A model generated the notes under the pieces. That model saw nothing but the letters and a program-made list of their open reading frames with translations, was not told the origin of the DNA and did not search any database. A DNA stretch of 62,959 bases, the filler included, from Piptocephalis cylindrospora (lineage: Eukaryota), in the NCBI GenBank assembly GCA_003614145.1. It is 12 parts of 12 records of this genome, joined end to end, with 100 filler letters (N's around TTAATTAATTAA, not from the genome) between each part and the next. Parts side by side here need not be neighbours in the genome. Positions count along the whole stretch, not along the records: positions 57,856 to 62,959 come from KZ988432.1; 11 more parts are not named here. One strand, 5' to 3'. This document shows positions 59,514-62,959 of the stretch, piece by piece. Every line of letters starts with the position of its first letter. Within the stretch, counting starts at the first letter, position 1. A program made the translations under genes and the position numbers.

Positions 59514-61029
59514 TCATCTGTACTATTGGTAAGCTACAACTCTTTTTTCCTCTGCTCCATTTCCTCTCTCACTCATGACCTCTCTCTTTCTCTCATTCCT
59601 TGCAGGACCCAAGACCAACAGCGTAGAGGCCATCACGGAACTCAGGAAGGCCGGCCTCAACATTGTCCGGATGAACTTCTCCCATGGCTCCCACGAATAC
59701 CATGGATCCGTCATCGCCAACGCCCGCAAGAGCGTGGAAGAGTGGAATGATGGAAGGACCATTGCCATTGCTCTCGACACCAAGGGCCCCGAGATCCGGA
59801 CGGGTCTGATGGCCAACGACACCGAGGTTCCCATCCCCGCTGGCCACGAGATGCTCTTCACCACCGATGAGCAGTACGCCGAATCCTCCGATGCTGAAAA
59901 GTACTTTGTCGATTACGCCAACCTCCCCAAGGTTATCGAGGCCGGCAAGCACATCTTTGTCGATGATGGTATCCTTAGCTTCGAGGTCCTTCGTATTGTC
60001 GATGATAAGACCGTCCACGTCCGATCCCTCAACGCCGGGAAGCTGGCCTCCCGCAAGGGCGTCAACCTCCCCGGTACCGATGTCGATCTCCCCGCCCTGA
60101 GCGAAAAGGACAAGAACGATCTGCGCTTTGGTGTTGAACAGGGCGTCGACATGATCTTCGCCTCCTTCATCCGTCGTGGTGAGGATGTTCGTGATATCCG
60201 TCGCGTTCTTGGGGAGAAGGGAAAGCATATCAAGATTGTTTGCAAGATCGAGAACCTTCAGGGTGTCGCTAATTTCCCCGAGATCCTCGCCGAGACCGAC
60301 GGAGTCATGATTGCCCGCGGTGATCTGGGTATCGAGATCCCCTGTCAGCGCGTCTTCATCGCCCAAAAGGCCATGATCGCCCAGTGCAATCTGGCCGGTA
60401 AGCCCGTCGTCTGTGCCACCCAGATGCTCGAGTCCATGACCAGCAACCCCAGGCCCACCCGTGCCGAGGTCTCCGACGTCTCCAACGCCATCCTCGATGG
60501 TGCTGATTGCGTCATGCTCTCCGGGGAGACCGCCAAGGGCTCCTATCCCGTCGAGACCGTCGCCATGATGGACCATGTCTGCTCCCTCGCCGAGTCCGTC
60601 CTCTGCTACCCTCCTCTCTTCAACGAGACCCGTGCCCTTCAGCCCAGGCCCACGGAGAACACCGAGACCATTGCTGCCTCCGCCGTCAATGCCTCCATTG
60701 ATCACAAGGCCGGCGCCATCATCGTCCTCACCACCACCGGAAACTCCGCCAGGCTCATCTCCAAGTACCGACCCAGCGTCCCCATCATCACCATCACCCG
60801 CCATGCCCATGTCGCCCGACAAGCCCATCTCTCCCGTGGGTGCTTCCCTTTTGTCTACTCCTCGGAGAAGCGCATGGTCTGGCAGGAGGATGTGGAGGCC
60901 CGTATCCAGTTTGCCGTTGAGCAGGGCGTCAAGCACAAGCTCCTCAACCGGGGTGATGCTGTCATTGCCGTCCAGGGCTGGAAGGGCGGTATTGGTCACA
61001 CCAACACCATGCGCATCATCATTGCCTAA
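59420..61029 (+). CDS. PYK1: Pyruvate kinase
   Basis: IICTIG|PK across intron 59529-59605, [40 protein letters not shown] and MLSGETAKG. Confidence 0.99.
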
Positions 61030-61301
61030 GTCTTTGGCATCTACTCTATATGAGAATGGAGGAGGAGGTGGTGGTGGTGGTGGTGGTGGTGGTATGGGTG
61101 ATGGGGGATCTTACAGGTCCTACGATCAGAATGAAAAACAACCAGTTACACCCCCCCCCCCTTTTTTTTGAATTTACTCATCTCGTAGACCTCTACTGTA
61201 ATCATCATTTTCTTACATTGTCATCCTAATCATGGTAGTACCCTTCTTGATATGGGATCACAAGCGCTCTTCTACTATTTCTCTCTACCATTTTCCCCCC
61301 C

Positions 61302-62959
61302 TACCGCTCTTCCGGACGTGACCAGGCTCAATGTTGACGTCCATCTTGGCAAGCCACTCGAGACGAGTGGTGATCTGGTCGTTGGGAGTGGACATGGTGT
61401 GGGTGATGGAGTGAGTTAAAGGGGAGAGGGAGGACCTGAGGGAGGAAAACAAGAAGAGGAGGGTGAGGAGGAGGGGAGTGAGGAAGGAAGGGAGAATGGG
61501 AGGAGCCTCCCTCTGGGGCCTCATTGATGTCACCTTTATTGGTTAAATAGTGGATGAGTGCGCGAGACGTTTGATAAAGAAGATGCACCACACAGCGACT
61601 AGGGAGAGTACATGGAGCTTATGTGTGTGTGTGTGTTTGAGTGAGCTGGGTCAAATACGCGACAATGAGGCTCTGGGTGGATTGGGTTTGAGTCGCGACA
61701 CCCTACAGTGCAAAGATAAGACGCGCCGCACTCTTCCACTCCACAGCCCCCTACTGTGTGAGTTCCCCCCATACATGGCTGGATGAGACAGGGTGTGTGA
61801 GAGAAGAGTATATGTGTCTTGGAGAGGGGAATAGATAAGGGAAAAGGAGCATGAAAAAGCGGCTGACTTGACTGGTTCTCTCCCTTTCCATATTATTATC
61901 TAAAAGAAGCAAAAGAAGGGAAATGTGTAGGGTTCGACAGTAAAAATAGCCTATTCTATAGTAGAGTAGTTTATAAGAGAGGCTTTTTCTTGGGGTGAAT
62001 TGAAAAGTGCAAAGTCGAGGATAAGGGACTGACGTATCTGTTGATAGAGGTGCTGGGACATGAGCCGTATGGATGGTGGGTGCATCCATAGAGAGCAAGC
62101 AAACGAAGCGTAGCATAGCGGGGATAAAAACATCTGATCCTGGGAATGTTGTTGAAAGAGAGAGAAAGAGGGGGGGAGAGAGATAGTTGCTGCCTTTGAT
62201 TAGCTCGGCTATATCATCATCATGTCTCCTGCTTGCCCTTTGTCACCCCATGGGCCCCTTCTTTTTCCACTCTTATCAGCGTGTTAGCCAATAGAGGTGA
62301 GATGCTGGATATGGCTTGGGAAAAACAACTCGCTGTGCAACCCATGACGCTGTGTCAATACAGACATGGACGATGGGTGTGAGTGCTTGCTGGTCATGAA
62401 TGTGTAAAAAAAACATATTTTCCCAATATTTTTAGATAGTGTCATTATTAGCCTAGAGCTTGTTTGGAAAGAGCGGGAGGAGAAATGGTGGAGGTTGCAG
62501 GATAATGTAGGAGGGATCGGACGACCCATGGAGGAAGCAACGATATCGTGAGGAAAGGTTCTGAACCTTTTACAAAACAAATTTGTGAAGACTTTTAGGA
62601 AAAAGGGAAGGTTGTAATTTTCCCAATACATTTCGCTGTTTACTACTACTTGTTTGGAAAGAGCGATCCATCGTGAGTAATTCTAATCACTTTGCTTTGA
62701 AAACCCATTTATCTTTTGGCTGGGGAATTCTAATCTCTAGAGGTGGCTTGGTAAACATATTTTAAGAAAAAGGGGATGATTTTAACCTTCCTCAATACAT
62801 CCTTGCTATTGTTGGGTAGCGCCTACTATGCACAAAGGAGTGCTTATCATGACCCCGTCCCTCCCTTAACCATGCACTACAAAGGGCAAGGACACCCTTG
62901 AGCCCCATGCAACATTATCCTTATTCTACATGAGAACTTCAGCCCGATCCTTGTTCAAG
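61302..62959. repeat. Right arm of 1658-bp inverted repeat (contains truncated PK exon 1 and promoter)
   Basis: Reverse complement of 57856-59513; breakpoint lies inside PK exon 1. Confidence 0.95.

Overview
This is eukaryotic, fungal-type DNA with short GT..AG introns and pyrimidine-rich 5' leaders. It is not one locus. Twelve unrelated contigs of 5201, 5199, 5195, 5194, 5167, 5160, 5145, 5127, 5127, 5122, 5118 and 5104 bp, sorted by length, are joined by identical 100-bp artificial linkers (44N-TTAATTAATTAA-44N). Recognisable genes: TDA10/GLYK-type kinase, VMA22/CCDC115, VPS5, eIF3g, BMS1, a flavocytochrome b2 ending in SKL, an RluA-family pseudouridine synthase, GAPDH, a NOP13-like fragment, an M28 leucine aminopeptidase, a cytochrome P450, NPR3, BLOC1S2, a CYK3-like gene, a RalGAP-beta-like gene, a large secreted acidic repeat protein, BOS1, PheRS alpha, SMC2, a Rho4-like GTPase, a two-domain AAA ATPase, ALG9 and pyruvate kinase. 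The gene set suggests an early-diverging fungus (inference). Five of the 12 contigs carry fold-back inversions that break or duplicate genes, which is best explained by whole-genome-amplification (MDA) chimeras. The signals most likely to be biological are four: a 741-bp Mutator-like element with modular TIRs and a 9-bp TSD; two non-LTR retroelement families with (ATCA)n and (TAC)n tails and TSDs; a 727-aa secreted YG/PCTK repeat protein; and two unusual enzymes (a probably peroxisomal cytochrome b2, and an AAA ATPase with non-canonical Walker B motifs). No rRNA, tRNA or CRISPR array could be supported.
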